Made by a program: the position numbers and the translations under genes. A stretch of DNA of 64,000 bases, from assembly GCA_051362555.1 (NCBI GenBank), contig CM120647.1, positions 10,826,651 to 10,890,650 of the forward strand. The letters run 5' to 3'. Origin of the DNA: Lingula anatina. Taxonomy: Eukaryota > Animalia > Brachiopoda. The notes below the pieces were generated by a model. It was not told where the DNA came from and made no database searches. It was given only the letters and a program-made list of their open reading frames with translations. Below are positions 33,952-45,702 of the stretch, one piece after another (the stretch's first letter is position 1; the number at the start of each line of letters is the position of its first letter).

Positions 33952-36900
33952 TTACACCTCCTTCAGTTCATCTGGCAAAGTGGCCTTCGGATGTTTATTT
34001 TCAAAATGCTGTTTGTATGTCTTTGGGTCTGGCATCTGAGCCTAGGAGAGAAAGTGGTAAACTGGGGATACGATTACATTGATATTGCAACAGAAAAATA
34101 TTTTGATGTGCTGTCCTTTAAAATGAGCCATTTTACTTTAATTTTCTATCATGAAAATCAAATAACTTTGACGGCAATGGGAAACCACCATAACAAAACA
34201 AGTACAGTTCAAATTTTAACAAATAATAATGATATAATAACAGTTTCACAACATCACACACAATGTTTGGTACAATTTCCAGTGAAATACTTGTAGTAGT
34301 TCTGTACAAGCTTTCAAAATATTACACACTGAAAAACACTGCTTAAGTATCAAGTCTTCACAGTAAACAAGGAGTGGGGGAGGTGACAGACATGCTGAAA
34401 CTGTTGGTCCGATCAGTCATGACTGTTGATGATTGTGTTAGTTGAGACCGTGACCTCTGACATTGTGTTCCGTTCCCATGATGCATTAGTATAATGGTTA
34501 GGTGTTGAATAAAGTTCAGTGTTTATTGAACATGTGAATGTTGCGTTGTTCCACATACACACAGTCTGGTCCATACAAAACTGGGACCGAGATCAACAAG
34601 GGAAAATTTGTCTGGCGGTAAAAAATTGGACGTGGTCAGTCCAAAGGAGTTTTAAGAGCCGCAATTTTGAATTTACAGTCATCATTCGACATACTTCACT
34701 AATAAAATTATATGAAACCCAAAGCAATTTTCCCTTCCATTTCAAAACTATCACATTCATAAACAAAGTAAACTACCCTAATCGTACTTGTAGTTTCTGT
34801 CTCAAACGAATAGAATGATTTTTGGTCCGACAAAAATCCATTTGGTCCGTCAAATTTTTCATTACTGCCGATAATAATAATAATAATAATAATTTATTTT
34901 TCTATGGCGCATTCCATTAAAAATCTCAATGCGCCTTACAACATTCACTTAAAAGAGCTAAATAACACGATACTAATATAAGAACACATTACAATTTTAA
35001 AGGACTAAGAACTAATTTAAAGAACCAATTATTCATATTCTAAAATGATAAGAACCTAAAGTGACAACATTTAAAACTAGAGGATCAGAGAGGCGATACC
35101 GCCTCCGAATATTGTACCACCAGCTGGAGCAAGCGCATTCATATAGACCCCCACATATACAAAATAAGGAACACAGCCACCAGTCTTGTGCTTGACAAGC
35201 TGTAAAAATGCAATCAACAAGAATTTTCAAAATATGCAAAAAATATATATATTACTAAAAATGGTACAATCAAAGTTAAGTTCATCGCAAGGTAGGTCAA
35301 AGGTCAATTCCAAGGTCACAGTAAATTGCCAGTATATGACTTCCTATTCACGTTCAATAGTAACTATGGGCCTATCTCTGCCAGGTTTGGAGTTAAAAGA
35401 GAAAGAAATTAGCAGATGTCAGTTCATGATAATAAGTAGGTCAAAGGTCAATTTCAAGGTCACACTTAGATTGCCAGTATATGACTTCCTATTCACGTTC
35501 AATAGTAACTATGGACCTATCTCTGCCAGTTTTGGAGATAAAGGGGAAGCAAACTATGCAAAGTTCAGTTCATGGTGAAAAGTAGGTCAAAGGTCAATTT
35601 TAAGGTCACTTTAAGATTGCCAGTATATGACTTCCCATTCAACTTCAATAGAGACTATGGACCTATCTCTGCCAGTTTTGGAGATAAAAGGGAATCAAAA
35701 TTTGCAAAGTTCAGTTCATGGTGAAAAGTAGGTCAAAGGTCAATTTTAAGGTCACATGTAGATTGCCAGTATATGACTTCCTATTCAAGTTCAATAGAGA
35801 CTATGGACCTATCTCTGCCAGTTTTGGAGATAAAAGGGAAGCAAAATTTGCAAAGTTCAGTTCATGGTGAAAAGTAGGTCAAAGGTCAATTTTAAGGTCA
35901 CATTTAGATTGCCAGTATATGTCTTCCTATTCAACTTCAATAGTAACTATGGACCTATCTCTGCCAGTTTTGGAGATAAAAGGGAAGCAAAATTTGCAAA
36001 GTTCAGTTCTTGGTGAAAAGTAGGTCAAAGGTCAATTTTAAGGTCACATTTGGATTGCCAGTATATGACTTCCTATTCAACTTCAATAGTAACTATGGAC
36101 CTATCTCTGCCAGTTTTGGAGATAAAAGGGAATCAAAATTTGCAAAGTTCAGTTCATGGTGAAAAGTAGGTCAAAGGTCAATTTTAAGGTCACATGTAGA
36201 TTGCCAGTATATGACTTCCTATTCAACTTCAATAGTAACTATGGACCTATCTCTGCCAGTTTTGGAGATAAAAGGGAAGCAAAATTTGCAAAGTTCAGTT
36301 CATGGTGAAAAGTAGGTCAAAGGTCAATTTTAAGGTCACATTTAGATTGCCAGTATATGACTTCCTATTCAACTTCAATAGTAACTATGGACCTATCTCT
36401 GCCAGTTTTGGAGATAAAAGGGAAGCAAAATTTGCAAAGTTCAATTCATGGTGAAAAGTAGGTCAAAGGTCAATTTTAAGGTCACATTTAGATTGCCAGT
36501 ATATGACTTCCTATTCAACTTCAATAGTAACTATGGACCTATCTCTGCCAGTTTTGGAGATAAAAGGGAAGCAAAATTTGCAAAGTTCAGTTCATGGTGA
36601 AAAGTAGGTCAAAGGTCAATTTTAAGGTCACATTTAGATTGCCAGTATATGACTTCCTATTCAAGTTCAATAGAAACTATGGACCTATCTCTGCCAGTTT
36701 TGGAGATAAAAAGGAAGCAAAATTTGCAAAGTTCAGTTCATGGTGAAAAGTAGGTCAAAGGTCAATTTTAAGGTCACATTTAGATTGCCAGTATATGACT
36801 TCCTATTCAATTTCAATAGTAACTATGGACCTATCTCTGCCAGTTTTGGAGATATAAGGGACTAAATGTTATAATTTTGGAGTTACCATAATGTGCCATA

Positions 36901-39633
36901 AATTTCCTACAAAAAAAATTAATTAAAATAAAGAAAAGGTCATTTTGGTCAAAATTCTTGAAATGGGAGGTGCTCTGAAGTTCCAGATGTTCAAATTTGA
37001 TGAAATAATTTCATTTTGGACCACAAGTTGTCTGCTTTGCCAAGCCTTATGTTTTATTTTTCCGGAGTTCAAAATTTATTATCCATTACCGTACTGCACA
37101 TTTTGCTTTCACCACCAATATGTACTTTTTGATACAGCGTAACTCGAAAACCGTATGGAATACAAAAAAACGGAGACCACCTCCAGTGTTGGGCTTTACA
37201 TGCTCTACAAAATGCAAAAAAGAATGGGTGTCTAGCATTAACGGTTCCCGAATTAGAGACAGTTTTCAGTTTCGATATCTTATGGCCGCTACTTCCGTGA
37301 AAATGCACCGATTGACCCCAAATTCACGGAGATGAAAGATGACCTGAAGGGTAACACTTTCCATTAATATTATTAGTTAAGTCTGTGTGGTGTCTGAATA
37401 AGACCGCAAATAATTTTTTTTTCGGCAAAAATTTTGTTTTTTTGAAAATTTTGGCCCGTTTGACCTTAAAATAAAGGTCAAAGGTCAAATCCAAGGGCAT
37501 ATTTGAAATCTACACATATGACTTTTGGAAAGCTGTCTGTAGAAATATTTCCCATAATTCCTTCTGTAGGGGAGATAATTAGCATTTAATTTTGCCATTT
37601 TTGGACAAGGGTGCATTGCAATGAGTGCCACACCTAGACCCCAATACCGACAAAGCCCAAATTTTACGTGGAACGAGTTGAGATTATAGGTGACCTAAAT
37701 CCAAGAGATGGGTATGGAGGCCCTTACCGTCTAGGAGGAGAAGCGGTAACGGTGACTTGGCGGCGGAGCCGCAGGAGCCGCAGGAGCCGGCGGAGCCGCA
37801 GGAGCCGGCGGAGCCGGCGGAACATACGGGTCGGGACTAAAACCATGTGTACCGCCAGCGCCTACGCTGGTGGTACAATAATTAATCATAAAATTACAGT
37901 ACACCTTATTAAAAACTAAAATTAACTATATGATAGCTACTGATAGGCTATTCTAAAAATATGAGTTTTCAAAAGCTTTTTAAAAGTATCTATGTCACCT
38001 GCTGCTCGTATTTCAGAGGGTAAAGTGTTCCAAACTTTGGGTGCATATATCATAAATGCCCTTTCACCGTAAAATTTACCAGCTTTTTTCTCTAAGACAC
38101 TGTGTTCTAAAAGTAAATGACTAAAAGTTGAAGACCTGGTAACTCTTCCATGCTGATGTTGCTTCATAAGTTCTGAGATATAAAGTGGTTTATTCTCAGT
38201 GACTGCTTTAAAAATGACACATAAAATTTTAAATAAAATTCTCTCTCTTACTGGAAGCCAGTGAAGTTCCATCAAAACAGGTAATATATGCTCTCGGCTA
38301 TTCCATCCCATTTTAGTTACCAGCCTAGCTGCAGAATTTTGAATTAATTGAAGTTTGTTCAGATGATTTTTGCCTAAACCATATAAGAGACTGTTGCAAT
38401 AATCAAGCTTAGAAGTAATGAAAGCATGGACTAGTTTTTCAGTTGAAGTTTTGTCCAGTAAGTCACGTATCTTACTAATTCGCCAAAGTGAGTATGATGC
38501 CGATTTGCAAATTTCAGAGATCCGTCTATCCATAGTTGCATACTGATCAAAGGTGACACCTAAATCTTTCACATAGCTAGATGGATTGATGTTGACACCA
38601 CCGATACAAATATCAGATTTCATTGCATTTCCCCTGTCTGACTTAGACCTTGATGTAAACCATATTAGTTCAGTTTTTCCATCATTTAGTGCTAGCATGT
38701 TTGTTTTCATCCAATTTCGGATCTCAACTAGACAAGTTTCTATTGAGGTGATAGCCATGGAGCGATTACTTTCACTTGTGACATAAATTTGAGTGTCATC
38801 AGCAAAAATGACAGTCAGGGTTCTGCCAAGGTCTCAAAAAAGGGGGGAGAATTCTCCCCTCTGAGCTAAAAAGTTGGGGAGATTTTGAGAAAAAGTGGGA
38901 GATCAGGAAAAATGATATTTTACGTAAAAACATACACTGCTAGTCTGTACTGGTATTTTATTAAAGTTCACAAACTGAACTGATTCAACTTTGAAAGTGA
39001 TTTTACATAGACTGTATGTATATACAGTTGCAAATGATTTTTTATAAAAACTTTCACTTTAAGGCTATGTGCCAACAATGATACACTGCTAATCTGTACT
39101 GTCCATAGCATCTGCCTCATTATCAGAGCCAAGAATAATCTCTTAACCAATCGTGTTGAAATTTCTGTGGCACTACTGTTGGTTTCTTTCTTTCAGGCCC
39201 TTCGATGGTATTTGGTCTGCAGACCTAAAATTAAAAAAAAAAAAAGTTAAAATTTCTCCTACTTACAAACTTATAATTTCTGGAACCAGACACCACAATC
39301 CAAAAGAATTTTTAGGTTTTGATGATTAATCATGACTTAATGAACACTTTTATCAGGAAAAATTGTGTTTGGGTGTTAGTGTTTGTGAAGGACATTTTTA
39401 TCTTTGATTTATCGTTTTCACAATATTGACTACTTTTTAAAATAAAGGCTAAAGTAAAAAAAAATTTATAGGTCACACATTTGGTTGAGTGCATTCTATG
39501 AAAATATCCTTGATTAGGAGGCCCTATTTTTTTTTTCAAATTAGTATTCTCACACATATATACAGAGGAATAAACAGGTCTCCTTACTTCTTCATTGAAG
39601 TTAAACATTTCCTTTTTTTCAAATTTTTATTCT

Positions 39634-39667
<34 letters not shown>

Positions 39668-41717
39668 CATTATAGAGAGATAGGAATAAACATATCAAAA
39701 ACAGGCCTCCTAACTTTTTAAACTTCTTTTTCATATTATCATACTCACATAGGAGGAATAAGCATACCAGAAACGGGACCCGTCATTTTTTAACGTTTTT
39801 TTTTTTAATTTTCATACTCACATATAGAGGAATAATCGTATCAAAAATGGGCCTATTACCGTTTTTTTTTTACTTTCTTTCACATTTTCAAACGAAGTGT
39901 CAAGTGTCCTTCCAAAACGTAAAATAAAAACGCCACGGAATGACCATACCTTTATCGTCGACGAACTGTCAGTTTCATCTGGAGTCGCATCTTCAGAAAT
40001 TTGTTTCTTCCTTTTCTCAGACTTGTCAGGCGGAGAGACGAATTCACCTGACTTTGGCATAAAACTTAAAATAGATCTCTGTTTCTTAACTTTCGCTTTC
40101 GGCGAGGAAGCCGCCATTTTAACCACGCTTCACCAGGCTGAATATCACTGTCACGCCGTCTATCATTGGTTGACTGTCCCGCGAGTGAGAGAACCAATAA
40201 AACCGCTCAATCGCTTAACCTACTTTAGGCCGAGTGCAGCGGAGTCACCCGAGGATTGCCGATTGGACTGTAGTCATGAAGAGGTACTATTGATATTACG
40301 ACAACAAATGACGACGCTGCTTGAAACGATCTCTTACGAGGGTACACATGCAGTAAAACATCGTCGCAATATGACGACGTTAAGGACACTGTGTTAACAA
40401 GTCAATGCAGCAGACGATGCGAAGAAATTTATACCGGTGATGATTATTTAGATAAACAATTTTAGACGCCACTCTCAATGTGTGTTTTATCATCTCAAGA
40501 ACAATGATAGCACCCTCATTCGGTTTGTATGCGAGAATTTTCGCATCTTTGGTAATTTTTGTGCGAGAATTTTATTTTTTTGGCGAGAATCTCGCAGAAT
40601 CGCGGCCTCGGCAGAACCCTGGACAGTGTTGAGACCATGTTTAACTATAATGTCTTCTACTGGTAGCATATACAATGAAAAGAGCAATGGACCTAGCACA
40701 GACCCCTGAGGGACACCATACTCTAAAATAGTGGGCTCTGATAGCAACGACTCAATTGACACCTTTTGTGTTCGATCTTTTAGATATGAGGTTAACCAAT
40801 TAAGTGCTAAATCTTTTACTCCAAATCGGTACTGTAGTCTGTGCAGAAGTATGTTGTGGTCAATGGTGTCGAATGCAGCAGACAGATCTAAAAGGGCTAA
40901 AATAACATCTTTTTGTTTGTCTAAAGAAAGCATGATGTCATTATGAACCCTTAGGAGAGCTGTTTCTGTGCTATGTCCTTCTCTATAAGCTGATTGAAAC
41001 TTGCCATATAGACTGTTTTGAGCTAGATAGTTATTCAGTTGTATACATGCCATTTTCTCAAGAAACTTCCCTAAGAAGGGCAAGTTTGATATTGGTCGAT
41101 AATTTTTAAACACTTGTTTGCACAGGCCTTGTTTTTTTAACAAGGGTCTAACAATTGCTGCTTTGCAGTTGGATGGGAAGATGCCTGTTGTAAAAGAGAG
41201 ATTCACTATCTTTAAAATAACTGGGGCCAGAACAGTAATGCACTCTTTGATAATATGTGTTGGCACAGGATCTAAGGCAGAAGATTTAGAATTCATGCTT
41301 TTCATTAATGCTAAAACATCTTCTTCTGATACAGGTGAAAATTCAGTCAATACTGCATGAGTTCAGGTAACTGGGGTTTCTGAGATTTCTACAGAAGTAT
41401 AAGAAACGAGATCATTTCGAATGCTCTTGATCTTATCTGTAAAGTAATTTGAAAAAAGTTGAGGGAGCTCTGAGATTTCCATGTCTGGGAGGACATTCAG
41501 TTGAGATGATTTTGATTCCGATCCAAATGTTCGGCCAGTCTGAAAAGTTTTCAGCATGTCTGGGATGAGAGACGGTACTTACCATACACACAGAGCACTT
41601 GAATGTCAGAGCTTTGGCAGCAGCCTTCTTTTGGTCTCCAGACTGTGCCTTCTTCAGCTTGGCCTGCTTCTCCGCATTCTTCTGCTGGGACTGGATTTTC
41701 TGCTGTCCGCGAGCCAT
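33952..41717 (-). CDS. ZNF706: Zinc finger protein 706 (74 aa; 4F5/SERF-like N-terminus + C2H2 finger)
   Basis: Coding exons 41717-41583 (MARGQQKIQSQQKNAEKQAK...FKCSVCM) and 34041-33952 (AQMPDPKTYKQHFENKHPKATLPDELKEV*). A non-coding first exon probably ends at 42881 (GTAAGT donor). Confidence 0.93.
35075..37881 (-). mobile_element. Second Helentron-type element, 11 units of the 146-bp satellite, inserted in the LINE 3' UTR
   Basis: Reverse complement of 4420-6748 with the same sub-terminal IRs, hairpin and CTAG end. Array spans ~35290-36860; 9-bp GGAGCCG(C/G) repeats at ~37765-37820. Confidence 0.88.
38816..40621 (-). mobile_element. hAT-like TIR transposon derivative, 6-bp TSD, inserted in the LINE RT
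   Basis: TIRs CAGGGTTCTGCC / GGCAGAACCCTG; TSD GACAGT (38810-38815, 40622-40627). Residual minus-strand ORF MAASSPKAKVKKQRSILSFM. Confidence 0.85.
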
Positions 41718-42880
41718 TGTTTAGACTGAAATATTGGAACTGCTGTTTACAAATTGTTTATCCATGATGTTGAATTACTTGATACTGTCAGTTTTTGGGT
41801 TTTACAATGATATAATAATACCTGTAAGATGTTAAGAATATGGATAGGTAAATCAATTCTTGGGATATTCAGTAATATATATATCAATTATATCAATTAT
41901 TTTAAGGTCCATAACAAATGAGTTGTGGCACTCGGAGAATGATGTTTGAAACTTTCAACAATTAATGGAAAAGGTATGAATCTAAAAATTATTAACCTAC
42001 TAGAAAGTTCCTTGTAACTAATTATTTAAATGAGAAAAATAGTAAATATAATTTTTCTATCGAAATTGCTGAAATAAAAATATCTTATTCACACTCTACT
42101 TCATTTTGCTGTATTTCTCTATACTCTTATTTTGCCTTGCTTTTATACTGAGATGAGGCTTAATACAGCATTACTGAGGTCTCAGTCATTATTTCTACTC
42201 AAAGTCATTAATTTTCTTCCACAGTATTCAAGTCAAAAAATTACATGAACAAAGTTATACTGTAAATGTGATAAGGAAATAAATGGTTATTTGTATTTCC
42301 TCATGGACCAAGTCATGCTTCATTCACCACTGACAGTTAACTTTTTATTTCCTTGTAAAGGGTGCTGCACATACGGGATAATTTTTATGATAAAACAAAT
42401 ATACAGTACACAGTTTTGACAATGATAAAACATTGTTGAATAATCAATGCATTCTACTGCAACAGTCAGTCGCCTAATGCCAAATTATAGTTATTACACA
42501 CAGATTAAAAACTGCACATCAAATGAACCCTTGATGCAACAAGGCAAAACAAACACACTACTAGAACGAACAGCAGTCATTTTTTCTTTCAGATTTTAAA
42601 AACACGTATTTGTCTTGTAGAACCAAAGTCACACTTTCATCGGCGTAAAAGTGCTAATTCATCCCAAGACAGAAGTGGTCAAGACTAACGAGGGTTGAAT
42701 AAAAAGAATTAAAAGTGTCTTGTTATCTCTTGTCGCCAATTTTGATCAGCTGTCGTCTTGTTTAAGCTCTGTAACACCTTGCCCGCCACGGAAAATAGAG
42801 ACACCATGATGACAAGATACCCGATTGCAGTATAACTATGCTACCGAAATACTAATGAAATTATAAAATAATGTACTTAC

Positions 42881-43160
42881 GATTCCAGCAAGCTATAAAA
42901 GCTTGAAAACTTTTGAATGATGCGAAGCGGTGCGTTGAGTTTCACAACCGGAAGTACCTGTCTTACCATAGTCTTCCATATACGGAAGAAGTATGTTTTC
43001 AAAACCATATGTATTGGAAAGTAGTACCCATAAAGATATCGAAAAGTCATTTTAAATTGTTTTATAAACCATAACTTTAAAAAACACTTCTCATTTGGTG
43101 CAGTATTTACAATTTTTATAAATTAAACATTTCACCAGTTGACTAGGGGTAATTTTAAAG
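42881..43160. promoter_or_regulatory. Bidirectional promoter ZNF706/RCC1L
   Basis: ETS-like CCGGAAGT at ~42948 and YY1-like AAGATGGCTGC at the RCC1L ATG. The divergent first exons are less than 300 bp apart. Confidence 0.65.
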
Positions 43161-45670
43161 ATGGCTGCGCCCACGTCGTATCATGCTTTAGGGCAAAATG
43201 CAAATATACTGAGGTTTATATGGAGGGTAAGGAAAACAAAAATGTGAACTCTATAACAACACGTAGAATCTCTCTATGTGTATGTCATTGGCAAAAGTCA
43301 GTTTTCTCAATATGTCCAATGAAACAACAACTACACTCCCCCCCCCCCCCCCAACTCACTCACGGGAGCTTAGGCTTCGTTCACATGCAATGTCTATTTT
43401 CTAAATTCTATTTTCTATTTGCGGCATGTCTTATGATCACGGTCTGTGCACTGAATATCCCGCCGCATAATTACTGGCAGCGCGAGCCAGTTACTATAAG
43501 TTACTATAAGTAACTGGCTCGCGCTGCCAGTAATTACGCGGCGGGATATTCAGTGCACAGACCGTGATCATAAGATAGCGCGAATAGAAAATAGACATTG
43601 CATGTGAACGAAGCCTTACTCACTTCTGTACTCGTTTTAAGGTTCATATTCCTAGTTTTGGTTATAAGACATGTCTTGACAGACACCAGGATTTATTTTT
43701 ACAAAATTCAATTTCAAAGACATCACTATATAAATATGAAATGGCTTATTTTATTGGAAACTAGGAATATTAATTGAATATAATTTATCACTCAGCTTTT
43801 TAAATTATAGATAAATATGTCTTGGAATTTATTTTGTGTCCTTTACAATTTCAGAAAGGGTTTTTGTCCACAATGAGAACAGAACACTGTCTTGTCACGC
43901 CATTCTTTACTTGTAACCGATGCCACGCTAAACGTATAGGGTCGTCTCCAGAAGCAAGTCTGCCATATTACACCAAACTTCCACAAACCCCTGGATCTCA
44001 AGATCACAGCATGAAGTTAAGCAATGTCAGGACTAGTGCATCTTGTCAAGTAATTCACAGGGGCACACAGACAAACATAACCACTCCACACAGGCCTCTG
44101 CAGACTGTGCTATTAAAGAGGCCCCATGAGGGGGTCAGCAGTACTGTGAACCGAGTTCAACCCTTGCACACTCTGTCAACTCACACAAAGAGCCTCAGCT
44201 GGAAGAGCAGGTACTCAGTGAGCCACAGGAACCTGTTAGCTGGAGTGGCCTGTGAGGGAGTATGTTCACTAGGGAACCCTCTTCTGCCACACTCAGGAGG
44301 GGGAGTGAAACGTTTTATGGCAAAGTGGATGACAAGAGTGTACGACAGGGAGAGGAAGAAGGAGATTGTGTATCAGTATGCCTCTGCTGAACCAGCACGT
44401 TCCACCAGAGTGTATGTATGGGGATACGCAGGAGTAGGAGCCTTAGGTGAGGGCTGGGTCTCTTCTAGGGTTTAATTGGAGAGAAACTGGGGGTCTTAGA
44501 TGAGGGTTTGGGGAGAAACTGGGGGGGGGGGGGGGGGAGGGGTCTTAGTTGAGGGTTTGGGGAGAAACACAGGAATGGGGGTCTTATATGAAGGTGAGGG
44601 TGGGGTATGAGTATGTGGTTAAACAAAACAGATGATGTTTTCAATATCTGCTTTATGTTGTAATTTAAACTTTTTGACATGTTGTTCAGAAACTTACCTA
44701 CACTCTCTGCATTTTGTCTGTAACTTTGGTTTAATCAGTTTTTTTTCTTAGGTTTGCCAACCTTCCTGAGACTCAAGGGTAAAAAATACCCCAAGCTGGT
44801 CCAGAGTTTCCCCCACAGGTGACAAAATGCAGATAATATGTGTCATTTTAAGTGGCTTCATGATTATGTAAAAGATAAAATACAATAGTTATATATGCTA
44901 TAATTAAGGGGCAAAATGTCATTGTTCATTTTTTTTATGTGTTCTTCACAATAGCTGTTCAATAGCATTTATTACGAAAAATGTTTAAATTAAGTGAATA
45001 GACAAAATATCATTGTTTAACCAAGTAAAGATGACCCAAAATAATAGTAGCTTCTGTTACTAGTATTTGATTGGGTATTTCAACAATATATAAAGCTTTG
45101 TTTCCCCTGGCAGGTTTATGTTTCTCGAAACAAATAACTACCAGCCTATCAGCGCAGCTTGTGGCAACGGCTTCACTGTGTTTGTAGCTAAGAGGTCAGG
45201 TGAAGGTCACGTGATTTTGGGGACAGGCATCAACTCCGACTCACAGATTGGGTACCAGGAGGCTCCTAAGGGATCAGGTGGGTATATAACCCCACACTGC
45301 TTCACAGTGTTAACCCCACACTGCTTCACAGTGTTAACCCCACACTGCTTCACAGTGTTTTCATGAGGCTCCTAAGGAATCGGGTAGGTATATAACCCCA
45401 CACTGCTTCACAGTGTTTTCATGAGGCTCCTAAGGAATCGGGTAGGTATATAACCCCACACTGCTTCACAGTGTTAACCCCACACTGCTTCACAGTGTTA
45501 ACCCCACACTGCTTCACAGTGTTTTCATGAGGCTCCTAAGGAATCGGGTAGGTATATAACCCCACACTGCTTCACAGTGTTTTCATAAGGCCCATAGTTG
45601 TTAAATGCTGATTTATATCCCACCTCGGTTTTTTTTTTTGTTTGTTTGTTTGTTTGTTTTTTTTTTTTTT

Positions 45671-45702
<32 letters not shown>

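Larger units (their letters stand above)
34871..41517 (-). mobile_element. 5'-truncated L2/CR1-clade LINE (ORF2 RT domain, 3' stem-loop, (TTA)n tail)
   Basis: Minus-strand ORF2 pieces give NYRPISNL, QSAYREGHSTETAL, LLDLSAAFDTIDH, GVPQGSVLGPLLFSLY, FADDTQIY, LDYCNSLL and LHWLPVRERI, stopping at 37937. The 3' end reads GCGCATTGAG...ATGCGCC plus (TTA)n at ~34871-34893. One premature TGA at 41363-41365. Confidence 0.92.
34387..41562. mobile_element. Copy of the 160-493 MITE, split by nested insertions
   Basis: Left part 34387-34870 and right part 41521-41562 together rebuild the 160-493 sequence (…CATTACTGCCG | ATCCAAATGT…TTTCAGCATGTCTG). Flanks AGGTGA / GGATGA may be a decayed 6-bp TSD. Confidence 0.75.

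Noticed and set aside
40490-40621. C-terminal tail (QGSAEAAILRD...) of the 286-aa RT ORF
   Set aside because: Read-through into the inserted TIR element; the RT resumes at 38815.
41433-41717. 94-aa ORF as a ZNF706-LINE fusion protein
   Set aside because: Read-through past a perfect GTAAGT donor at 41582; the real second coding exon is 34041-33952.
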